A stretch of 51,936 nt of DNA from Oscillospiraceae bacterium. Lineage in GTDB: Bacteria; Bacillota; Clostridia; Oscillospirales; UBA929. Of this stretch, positions 41,531 to 49,774 are shown one piece after another. Numbering within the stretch: the stretch's first letter is position 1; every line of letters begins with the position of its first letter. The stretch spans positions 1 to 51,936 of the forward strand of contig WRCJ01000002.1 in the NCBI GenBank assembly GCA_009784085.1, written 5' to 3'. The translations under genes and the position numbers were made by a program. The notes below the pieces were generated by a model. It did not search any database. It was not told where the DNA came from and was given only the letters and a program-made list of their open reading frames with translations.

Positions 41531-42886
41531 CTATACGTATTTCGTCGGGTTGACCGGGGAACCGCTGATACGGACCTCGAAGTGCAGATGCGGCCCCGTG
41601 GACAGCCCCGTGGATCCGACCAAGCCGACGCTTTCCCCCCGGGATACGGATTGGCCCCTAGAGACCAGGATGCGGCTCAAATGGGCATACAGCGTGGATT
41701 TCCCGCCCCCGTGGTCGACGACCACATAGTTCCCGTACCCGCTGGCATAGTTGGCGATGATGACAGTGCCCGAAGCCGCGGACACGACCTTGGAACCGCT
41801 GGGCGCCGGTATATCGATGCCGCTGTGCATCCGGTATTCTTTGAGGATGGGGTGGTACCTCATGCCATAAGAACTCGAAATCTTGCCAGACGCCGGGCAT
41901 GGCCACAAAAAGCCGCCCCCCGCGTAGTCGCCGCTATTGCTGGGCGGTGGATCGTCGTCGATGTCGTCTTCGAAATCGTCGTCGTCAATATCGCCGCCGC
42001 CCTGGCCGCCGCCGCCGCCGCCTTTGGCCCTCTCTTCTTCCCTTTTCCTGCGTTCCTCTTCCTTTCGCCTGCGCTCCTCTTCCCTCCTGCGCGCTTCCTC
42101 CTCTTCCCTGAGCCTGCGCTCTTCCTCGATACGCTGTATTTCCAGTATGATCTCGTTTTCTATCTCTTCGGTCTGCCGGTCGAACTCCTCCTCCAGCTTC
42201 CGGTAATCGTCTACCTTGGACTCGATCTCCTCGATGAGGAGCAACTGATCGGCGTACTGCGCCTCCTGCTCGGCCCGCCGCTCCGACAACGCGGCCTTGA
42301 TGGCGGATTGCTCGTCCCGGTCCCGTTGCAACGCCTTCTTCTCGGCGTCAACCTGCTCGCGCGCGAGCTTGAGTTCATCCAGCATCTTGCGGTCATACGC
42401 AATGATGTCGTTGACATCGCCCAGGCGGCCCAATAAGTCGGAGAAGCTATCGGCCTTCAGCAAGATGCCCAAGTATTGCGCGTCGCCGGCCTCTTCCATC
42501 GAGCGGATGCGCGTCCGGAAGAGTTCCATCTGGCGGGACTCTTCCCGCAATGCCTCCTCCAGGGCCGCCTGATGTTCGTCTATGGCAATCTCCAACGCCT
42601 CGATCAGGAGTTCGGCGTTTTCGATTTCCGCGCTCGTGATCTCGATCTGTTTGTCGATGGCTTCCTTCTTCTCCAAAGCCGAGGCCCGCTCGTCGGCCAG
42701 CTGGCCGATTTCCGCTTGCACCTTCACCTTCTCTTTGGCCAGCGCCTCGGCTTCTTCCCGTAGCACGTCCAGCAAAGACTCGGCGCCGGCGGGCCGGACA
42801 AAGTTGAGGATCAAACCGGCCAGCAGGGTAACAGCCAGCAAAACGGCCATTGTCATGGCAAAGATACGCACACGCTTCGAACTCAT
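41531..42886 (-). CDS. Coiled-coil M23 (LytM) peptidase, EnvC-like
   Basis: Signal/TM, a long coiled coil, a highly charged R/E then G/D block, and C-terminal HSGIDI...GSTGLSTGPHLHFEVR. AAAGGAGGT Shine-Dalgarno lies 9 nt before the ATG at 42886. Confidence 0.85.
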   Translation of the reverse strand: MSSKRVRIFAMTMAVLLAVTLLAGLILNFVRPAGAESLLDVLREEAEALAKEKVKVQAEIGQLADERASALEKKEAIDKQIEITSAEIENAELLIEALEIAIDEHQAALEEALREESRQMELFRTRIRSMEEAGDAQYLGILLKADSFSDLLGRLGDVNDIIAYDRKMLDELKLAREQVDAEKKALQRDRDEQSAIKAALSERRAEQEAQYADQLLLIEEIESKVDDYRKLEEEFDRQTEEIENEIILEIQRIEEERRLREEEEARRREEERRRKEEERRKREEERAKGGGGGGQGGGDIDDDDFEDDIDDDPPPSNSGDYAGGGFLWPCPASGKISSSYGMRYHPILKEYRMHSGIDIPAPSGSKVVSAASGTVIIANYASGYGNYVVVDHGGGKSTLYAHLSRILVSRGQSVSRGESVGLVGSTGLSTGPHLHFEVRISGSPVNPTKYV

Positions 42887-42902
42887 AGTAGGTGAACCTC
42901 CT

Positions 42903-43811
42903 TTATACACGCAGGAACTTCCGAATCGTCAGCACGCTGCCGCCAATGCCGGCCAGGAAACCGGCCAGTAAGAAAATGGCCAGCACCGGAAGCAGGACAT
43001 CCCCGACATTCAGGGCATGGATCATCGGGATCCTGCCCACCATCCGGGCCAGGAAACCGGCGAATACGTCATAGAGCCTCCACTGGAGGAAAAATGCCAC
43101 GATGGATCCCAAGAGCCCCAGCATAAACCCCTCGATGACAAAGGGCCAGCGGATAAACCGCTTGGTGGCGCCCACCATCCGCATCACGGCTATCTCCTCC
43201 CGCCGGTCGAAGGTAGCCAATTTGATTGTGTTGGAGATGATAAAAATCGATACCGCCATCAAGATGACAATCAGCAACAGGCAAATGGTGTTGACCGTAT
43301 CGCGTATCTGGCCCAAATCCTCCACAATATCCAGCCGGGCATGCACCACGGCCACGCCGGGCAGGAGCTCCAGCGCGTCGATGGTCTCCTGCATCAGGTC
43401 GGCGTCCATGATTTGCACCCTGTAACGATCGCGCAGGGGGTTGTCGTCGCCGAACCCCAATAGAAAATTGGTCTCCGGATCTACCTTGCCGGAAAACACT
43501 TCCAACGCCTCGTCCCGGGAAATCAATTCCGCGCTCTGGACATTCCGCATGATCGCTTCATTCTTGGCCAGATCGGTGCCAAACTGCTTGGCTTCGTCCG
43601 AGGTCATGGTTTCGTCGAGCACCACCAAGACTTCGTTGTTGTTTTGAAGCTCCTGGATCATATTGTCCAAGTTCAAGGCCAGCAGTGAAAAGCTGCCCAT
43701 GATGAGAAGGCATGCCACAATGACGCCAACGGCCGCGAAACTCATAAAGCCGTGCAGGAAAATACCTCGGATGCCCTCGCGGAAAAAGTAACTAGTTTCG
43801 TATCGCTTCAT
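42903..43811 (-). CDS. ftsX: Cell-division permease-like protein FtsX
   Basis: FtsX topology (four TM helices and a large first extracytoplasmic loop). It overlaps the ftsE 3' end. Confidence 0.88.
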   Translation of the reverse strand: MKRYETSYFFREGIRGIFLHGFMSFAAVGVIVACLLIMGSFSLLALNLDNMIQELQNNNEVLVVLDETMTSDEAKQFGTDLAKNEAIMRNVQSAELISRDEALEVFSGKVDPETNFLLGFGDDNPLRDRYRVQIMDADLMQETIDALELLPGVAVVHARLDIVEDLGQIRDTVNTICLLLIVILMAVSIFIISNTIKLATFDRREEIAVMRMVGATKRFIRWPFVIEGFMLGLLGSIVAFFLQWRLYDVFAGFLARMVGRIPMIHALNVGDVLLPVLAIFLLAGFLAGIGGSVLTIRKFLRV

Positions 43812-44487
43812 ATTGGTAATACCCGCCTGTCCGGTCGCCGATCACGCGCCCGCCGTCTATGGCGATGACGCGCTTCGAAAACCGGTTGACCAATTCCTTT
43901 TCGTGGGTCACTGCCAGAACGGTCGTCCCCAGGGCATTGATGCGTTCGAGCAACATCATGATCTCCAGGCTGCGGGCCGGATCGAGGTTGCCGGTAGGCT
44001 CGTCGGCGATGATCATTTTGGGGTTGTTGATGAGGGCCCGGGCGATAGACACCCGTTGTTGCTCCCCGCCGGACAGCTCCGCGGGCCGCCGGCGGGCTTT
44101 ATGCGACAAACCGACCAAATCCAGCACATAGGGCACCCGGATTTTGATTTCCCTGGGCGAGGAGCCCACCACGCGCATGGCGAAGGCGACGTTTTCATAG
44201 ACGCTTTTTTTCTCGACGAGGCGAAAATCCTGAAAGATCACGCCCAGCGTGCGGCGCAAAAAGGGGATGTCCTTCTGCCTCACGGCATTGACGTTGTACC
44301 CATTGATCAGCACGCGCCCCTCCGTCGGCTTGATCTCCCCCGTGAGGAGCTTGATGATCGTGGACTTGCCCGAACCGGAAGGCCCGACCAAAAAGGAAAA
44401 CTCCCCGTCTTCTATCTGGAGGCTGACGCCCTTGAGGGCGCGGGTGCCGTTGGGATACGCCTTGTACACGTCTATCATGCGGACCAT
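43792..44487 (-). CDS. ftsE: Cell-division ATP-binding protein FtsE
   Basis: ABC motifs GPSGSGKST, LSGGEQQRV and IIADEPTGNLD. Confidence 0.92.
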   Translation of the reverse strand: MVRMIDVYKAYPNGTRALKGVSLQIEDGEFSFLVGPSGSGKSTIIKLLTGEIKPTEGRVLINGYNVNAVRQKDIPFLRRTLGVIFQDFRLVEKKSVYENVAFAMRVVGSSPREIKIRVPYVLDLVGLSHKARRRPAELSGGEQQRVSIARALINNPKMIIADEPTGNLDPARSLEIMMLLERINALGTTVLAVTHEKELVNRFSKRVIAIDGGRVIGDRTGGYYQYEAIRN

Positions 44488-44489
44488 CG

Positions 44490-45578
44490 TTAAAACTCTT
44501 CCCGGGAGGTCAGATATTTTTTCACCATCATGGCCACCTTGAAGATGATGGCGTGGTCAAACTCGCGGAGATCGAGCCCCGTCAGCTTCTTGATCTTTTC
44601 CAGCCGGTACACCAGCGTGTTGCGGTGGACGAACAGCCGGCGCGAGGTCTCGGACACATTGAGGCTATTTTCGAAGAACTTCTGGATGGTGATCAGCATC
44701 TCCTGATCCAGCGCGTCGATGGAGTTCTTCTTGAACACCTCGGATAGGAACATCTCGCACATCGTGACCGGCAATTGGTAAATCAATCGCCCCAACCCCA
44801 GGTTCTCGAAGTTGATGATGGATTTTTCGGCGTCGAAGACCTTGCCCACCTCGATGGCGATCTGCGCTTCCTTGTAGGAGGAGGCCAAATCCTTGAGGCT
44901 GGACGCCACCGTGCCGATGCCGATGACCGTGTGGACATACACCTCGGAATTGACAGTCTCCTCGATGGCGGCGGACAGCTTGCGCAAGTCCATCGTGTTG
45001 ACGCCGCCCCTGACATCCTTGACCAGCGCGATGTCGGTTTCGTTCAGGCTGACAACGAAGTCATATTGCTTGTCCGGGAAGAGGCTTTGGATCACATCGA
45101 CGACGGAGAGCTCGATCCGCCCCACCTGGCGCACCAAAATAACCACCCGGGGGAGTTCGCTCTCGAAGTTCAGCTCCCGGGAGCGCATGTGGATGTCGCC
45201 CGGCAAGATGTTGTCAAGTAAAATATTCTTGACAAAGGTGGCGCGATCGTGCTTTTCATCGTAGAATGTCTTGGCGCCGTTGAGCGCCACGGCCGACAGC
45301 AAACAAATCTCCCTCGCCCTGTTGTCTTGTCCCTGCGCAAACACCGCGAATTCAAAGCGCACGCCCCAGCTAAAAAGCGCCTTGTATTGGAATCCGTCGA
45401 AGACGGTCACGGGTTCGTCGGACGCGTTGAGCGCCGAGGCCGCCGCCGCCCGCTGCGTGCCGATGAGCGCTGGCTCGGTGCAGGCGATGACCTCGCCTTC
45501 GGCGTCGATGACGCCAACAGTACACTCCACGGCGTCCTTCATTTGCGATACGATGCTTTGAAACAGTCTGCTTGACAT
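44490..45578 (-). CDS. PucR/CdaR-family transcriptional regulator
   Basis: C-terminal PucR HTH (TSRRLFVHRNTLVYRLEKIKKLTGLDL) and a CdaR-like N-terminal region. Start taken at the ATG at 45578, with GGGAGGG upstream. Confidence 0.75.
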   Translation of the reverse strand: MSSRLFQSIVSQMKDAVECTVGVIDAEGEVIACTEPALIGTQRAAAASALNASDEPVTVFDGFQYKALFSWGVRFEFAVFAQGQDNRAREICLLSAVALNGAKTFYDEKHDRATFVKNILLDNILPGDIHMRSRELNFESELPRVVILVRQVGRIELSVVDVIQSLFPDKQYDFVVSLNETDIALVKDVRGGVNTMDLRKLSAAIEETVNSEVYVHTVIGIGTVASSLKDLASSYKEAQIAIEVGKVFDAEKSIINFENLGLGRLIYQLPVTMCEMFLSEVFKKNSIDALDQEMLITIQKFFENSLNVSETSRRLFVHRNTLVYRLEKIKKLTGLDLREFDHAIIFKVAMMVKKYLTSREEF

Positions 45579-45709
45579 GATGATAGTCCCTCCCAACACA
45601 TTAAAACGAACAGTCCCTATCTAATATATATTAGTATGGTTTCGATCAGTTTGCAAGGGTTACTTTACATAATTCACATATTTGTAACAAAGTACCTTGC
45701 GAATTTCTT

Positions 45710-45738
45710 TTGACAGAGGCGCGGATTTGTGTTAGGAT
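45710..45738 (+). promoter_or_regulatory. Sigma-70 promoter of rpsO-pnp
   Basis: TTGACA (45710-45715), 17 nt, TAGGAT (45733-45738). Confidence 0.6.
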
Positions 45739-45744
45739 TAACTT

Positions 45745-45900
45745 AATCGTGTGCGAAATTACGCGCCGGCAAGCCCTTTCGCGCGGTTTGGGGGAACCGC
45801 CCGCCTTTGCGGGTACCCGTATGGGGTCCTTCACCCGCCCTTTACTGCGCGAAGAATTCATACGTGAATCGGGGCAAATTTGAAAGAAAAGGTGAAAAGT
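45745..45900 (+). promoter_or_regulatory. Structured GC-rich rpsO 5' leader (candidate S15 autoregulatory element)
   Basis: ~150-nt leader with several stems (CGCGC..GCGCG, GCCCGC-cttt-GCGGG, ACCC-gtat-GGGT) ending at the RBS. The assignment is by position and precedent, not by a motif match. Confidence 0.4.
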
Positions 45901-46167
45901 ATGATCCCCAAAGAAAAAAAGTCCATGATTATCATGGAAAACCGCGTCCACGATACCGATACGGGGTCCCCCGAGGTACAGATTGCCATCTTGACAGTGC
46001 GTATCAGCGAGTTGACCGAACACCTCAAGTTACACAAAAAAGACAATCACTCCCGCCGCGGCTTGCTCAAAATGGTCGGCCAACGCCGTAGCCTGCTCGA
46101 TTACCTCCAAAAAAAGGATATCGAGCGGTATCGCGCCATCATCGCCAAGCTGGGCATCCGCAAGTAG
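45901..46167 (+). CDS. rpsO: 30S ribosomal protein S15
   Basis: [39 protein letters not shown] is canonical S15; 88 aa from the ATG at 45901. Confidence 0.93.
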   Translation: MIPKEKKSMIIMENRVHDTDTGSPEVQIAILTVRISELTEHLKLHKKDNHSRRGLLKMVGQRRSLLDYLQKKDIERYRAIIAKLGIRK

Positions 46168-46180
46168 GGGCGACTCGCAG

Positions 46181-46199
46181 GGGCGGCTTCCGGCCGCCC
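46181..46199 (+). promoter_or_regulatory. GC hairpin between rpsO and pnp (attenuating terminator / RNase III-type processing stem candidate)
   Basis: GGGCGGC-ttccg-GCCGCCC, with no U-tract after it. Confidence 0.45.
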
Positions 46200-46247
46200 G
46201 CCATCATGGAGGGCTGTAATAGTGAATGAAGTGATATGGAGGAAAGT

Positions 46248-48413
46248 ATGCTAAAACAACGCGAATTCCCTGCCGCCCGCACCTTCGAGACCACGCTGGG
46301 CGGCCGCCGCCTGACCGTCGAGACCGGCCAGCTGGCCGAACTGGCCAACGGCGCCTGCCTGGTGCGTTGCGGGGACACCACCGTATTGGTGACCGCCGCC
46401 GCCTCGGCCGCGCCGCGCCAAGGCATCGATTATTTCCCACTGTCCGTGGATTTCGAGGAGAGGCTGTATTCGGTGGGCCGCATCCCCGGCTCTTTCCTGC
46501 GCAGGGAAGGGCGCCCCTCGGAAAAGGCTGTGTTGGCCTCCCGCCTCATCGATCGCCCGCTGAGGCCCCTGTTCCCCCCCGACATGCGCAACGACGTGGC
46601 TGTGACGGCCACGGTTTTGAGTATGGAACCCGACTGCGCCCCCGAGATCCCCGCCATGATCGGCGCGTCCATCGCCCTGTCGATCTCCGACATCCCTTGG
46701 GGCGGGCCCATCGCCGGCGTATCGGTGGGATGCGTGGACGGGAAGTTTATCATCAATCCGGACGCCGCCGCCCGGGAAGCCAGCACGCTGGCGTTGACCG
46801 TGGCCGGGACTGCGCACAAGGTGGTCATGATCGAGGCCGGCGCCAACGAAGTCTCAGAAGAGGCCATGTTTGACGCGATACAGTTGGCCACGGCGGAAAT
46901 CAAAAAGCTGACCGCCTTTATCTCCTCGATTGCCGCCGAGATTGGCAAGCCCAAGTTTGCACCTGTCAGCGCGGCTTTCCACACCGAACTCTACGACGAG
47001 CTTGAGGGTTCGATCATGGAAAAACTGCGCTATTGCTTGGATACCGACGACAAAAACATCCGCGAAGAACGCCTTTCCGCCCTGCGTGCCGAGCTTGTTG
47101 CCGAGTTCGCCGAGAAATACCCCGATATCGAGGCCGGCTTGGGCGACGTGCTGTACAAACTGCAAAAGCAAGTCGTGCGCCGCTGGTTGCTGGACGAGAA
47201 AAAGCGCGTGGACGGGCGCGGGTTGCTGGATGTCAGGCCGCTGTCGGCCGCCGTGGGGCTCTTGCCCCGCGCCCATGGATCCGGCTTGTTTTCCCGGGGA
47301 CAGACCCAGGTGCTGACGACTGCCACGCTGGGCACCATATCGGATCAGCAAAAGCTGGACAACATCTTCGATTCGGAAACCAAGCGGTATATGCACCACT
47401 ACAACTTTCCCTCCTATTCGGTGGGCGAGGCGCGCCCGTCGCGTGGGCCCGGCCGCCGCGAGATCGGACACGGCGCCTTGGCCGAGCGGGCGTTGGAACC
47501 GGTCATCCCCAACGAAGAGGAGTTCCCCTACTGTATCCGCCTGGTGAGCGAGGTGCTGTCCTCCAACGGATCCACCTCGCAAGGCGCCGTGTGCGGCTCC
47601 ACGTTGGCCCTGATGGACGCCGGCGTGCCGATCAAGGCGCCGGTGGCCGGCATCTCCTGCGGTCTGGTGACCGAGGGCGACCGGTGGCTGACGTTTGTGG
47701 ATATCCAGGGCGTGGAAGACTTCTTCGGCGACATGGACTTCAAAGTGGCCGGCACAAAGGCCGGCATCACGGCCATCCAGATGGATCTCAAGTCGGACGG
47801 CTTGACGCCCGAAATCATCCGCGACGCGCTGACGATCACCAAAGACGCCCGCATCGCGATTTTGGACGAAATCATGCTCCCCTGCATCCCGGCGGCGCGC
47901 GAGGATCTCTCCCCCTACGCGCCGAAGATGCTCCAGACCACCATCGACCCGGAGAAGATCCGGGATGTCATCGGCAAGGGCGGTAGCGTGATCCAGAAGA
48001 TCACCGCCGAGACCGGCACCAAGATCGACATCGAGGACGATGGGCATGTGTACATCTCGGCGCCCAACCGGGACGACTGCCAGCGGGCGCTGGCCATCAT
48101 CGAGGCTATCGTGCTCGATCCGCAGATTGGCGACATCTTCTACGGCCGCGTTACGCGGCTGATGACCTTCGGCGTCTTCGTGGAGTTCGCCCCCGGCAAA
48201 GAGGGCATGATCCATATCTCCAAGTTGGCGCCGCAACGGGTGGCCAAAGTGGAGGACGTGGTATCCATCGGCGACATGACATGGGTCAAGGTGGTCGAGA
48301 TCGACGAAAAGGGGCGCATCAACCTATCCCGCCGCGACGCTCTTTCGGAGTTGGAAAAACGCGGGCAGGGGCAGGGGCAGGGGCAGGGTGCGAATCAGAA
48401 ATCCCATGCGTGA
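46248..48413 (+). CDS. pnp: Polyribonucleotide nucleotidyltransferase (PNPase)
   Basis: Two RNase PH domains, KH and S1 domains (GRVTRLMTFGVFVEF). The C-terminus ends in GQGQGQGQG. ATG at 46248 preferred (GGAGGA upstream); ATG at 46236 is possible. Confidence 0.95.
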   Translation: MLKQREFPAARTFETTLGGRRLTVETGQLAELANGACLVRCGDTTVLVTAAASAAPRQGIDYFPLSVDFEERLYSVGRIPGSFLRREGRPSEKAVLASRLIDRPLRPLFPPDMRNDVAVTATVLSMEPDCAPEIPAMIGASIALSISDIPWGGPIAGVSVGCVDGKFIINPDAAAREASTLALTVAGTAHKVVMIEAGANEVSEEAMFDAIQLATAEIKKLTAFISSIAAEIGKPKFAPVSAAFHTELYDELEGSIMEKLRYCLDTDDKNIREERLSALRAELVAEFAEKYPDIEAGLGDVLYKLQKQVVRRWLLDEKKRVDGRGLLDVRPLSAAVGLLPRAHGSGLFSRGQTQVLTTATLGTISDQQKLDNIFDSETKRYMHHYNFPSYSVGEARPSRGPGRREIGHGALAERALEPVIPNEEEFPYCIRLVSEVLSSNGSTSQGAVCGSTLALMDAGVPIKAPVAGISCGLVTEGDRWLTFVDIQGVEDFFGDMDFKVAGTKAGITAIQMDLKSDGLTPEIIRDALTITKDARIAILDEIMLPCIPAAREDLSPYAPKMLQTTIDPEKIRDVIGKGGSVIQKITAETGTKIDIEDDGHVYISAPNRDDCQRALAIIEAIVLDPQIGDIFYGRVTRLMTFGVFVEFAPGKEGMIHISKLAPQRVAKVEDVVSIGDMTWVKVVEIDEKGRINLSRRDALSELEKRGQGQGQGQGANQKSHA

Positions 48414-48465
48414 AACAAGGCGTGAAACAAGGCATGATACAAGGCATGAAACGATGCATGAAACG

Positions 48466-49737
48466 ATGCCTGACTTAGTGCCTGAACCCGTGTATGAAAA
48501 GATCACGTTGCCCAATGGGGTCAGGTTGCTGTTCGAGGAAATCCCCCATGTGCGGTCGGCTACGGTCGGTATTTGGGTGGGTTGTGGTTCCCGCCTGGAG
48601 CCCCGGCACCTGTCCGGCGTCTCCCACGCTTTGGAACACATGGCGTTTAAAGGCACGAAAAAGCGCACGGCCGAGAAAATCGCCGCCGATTCCGACGCCA
48701 TCGGCGGGCAGGTCAACGCCTTTACCACAAAGGAGTGTACCTCTTATTACGCGCGGGCGTTGCGCGATCACCTGCCCCTGGCCATCGACATCATCACCGA
48801 CATTTTCAGCTCGCCGCTCATCACCGCCCAAGATTGGGAAACCGAGCGGGGGGTTATCCTGGAAGAGATTGGCATGTACGAGGACACGCCGGAAGACCTT
48901 GTCACGGAGCGCCTGTTTGGCGCCGTGTTCCGCGGTTGCTCGTTGGGCAGGCCGATTTTGGGGTCGGCTGGCGCGTTGCGGCGGATGAGCGCCGGCCAGA
49001 TAGCCCGTTATAAAGACAGCCACTACCGTGCCGGCAGTACGGTGGTGGCCCTCAGCGGCAACTTCTCCCCCGGGGACAAGGCCGCGTTGGTAGATTGCTT
49101 CGCGCCCATGGCCGCTGAACCGGCCTTGACGCCGCCGACTTCGTCGCTGGCGCCATCCTTTACGGTCCGCCGCAAGGATATCGAGCAGAACCACCTGTGT
49201 TTGGCTTGGCCGTCCCTGCCCTATAACAGCCCCGACCGCTACACGCAACAGGTGCTGTCGAACATCTTGGGCGGCGGCGTGTCCTCCCGGCTGGTGCAGG
49301 AGATCCGGGAGGCGCGGGGGTTGTGCTATTCGATCTATACCTTTGCCACCGGGCACGAAGATACCGGCTTATTTGGCGTCTACACGGCGCTCTCCCCGGA
49401 GGCCGAGCGGAAGGCGTTGCCGCTCATCGCACAGCTGGTGGGGGACTTTGCCCGGCATGGCCCCACCGAAGACGAGGTCGCCAGGGCGAGGGAGCAGGTC
49501 AAAGCCAATGTCCTCATGGGCTTTGAATCGACCTCGGCGCGTATGACGCACTTGGCCCGTTGCGAATTGCTCCTTGGGAAAGTCATCCCGGCGCGTGAGC
49601 TGGTTGAGGCGTACGACGCGGTCACCAGGGAGTCTGTGTGCGCGTTGGCGCGGCGTATCTTTGTCCCGGAATCGCTCTGTTTTTCGGCGGTCGGCCGGTT
49701 GTCTGCGGCTTCGGAGTATAGGAAGCTGTTAGCATAG
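48466..49737 (+). CDS. M16-family (pitrilysin/insulinase-like) zinc peptidase
   Basis: Inverted zinc motif HALEHMAFKGT, with N-terminal ...LPNGVRLL.... The start is ambiguous: in-frame ATGs at 48406, 48454 and 48466 lie inside a 12-nt repeat array. Confidence 0.85.
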   Translation: MPDLVPEPVYEKITLPNGVRLLFEEIPHVRSATVGIWVGCGSRLEPRHLSGVSHALEHMAFKGTKKRTAEKIAADSDAIGGQVNAFTTKECTSYYARALRDHLPLAIDIITDIFSSPLITAQDWETERGVILEEIGMYEDTPEDLVTERLFGAVFRGCSLGRPILGSAGALRRMSAGQIARYKDSHYRAGSTVVALSGNFSPGDKAALVDCFAPMAAEPALTPPTSSLAPSFTVRRKDIEQNHLCLAWPSLPYNSPDRYTQQVLSNILGGGVSSRLVQEIREARGLCYSIYTFATGHEDTGLFGVYTALSPEAERKALPLIAQLVGDFARHGPTEDEVARAREQVKANVLMGFESTSARMTHLARCELLLGKVIPARELVEAYDAVTRESVCALARRIFVPESLCFSAVGRLSAASEYRKLLA

Positions 49738-49774
49738 GAAGCTGTTATTTTATAATTCTTGAGGAGGGTTTTAG

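Noticed and set aside
46854-48236. 460-aa minus-strand ORF
   Set aside because: It is antisense to pnp. It has low-complexity R/G/A/D composition and no start context. It is a GC-driven shadow ORF.
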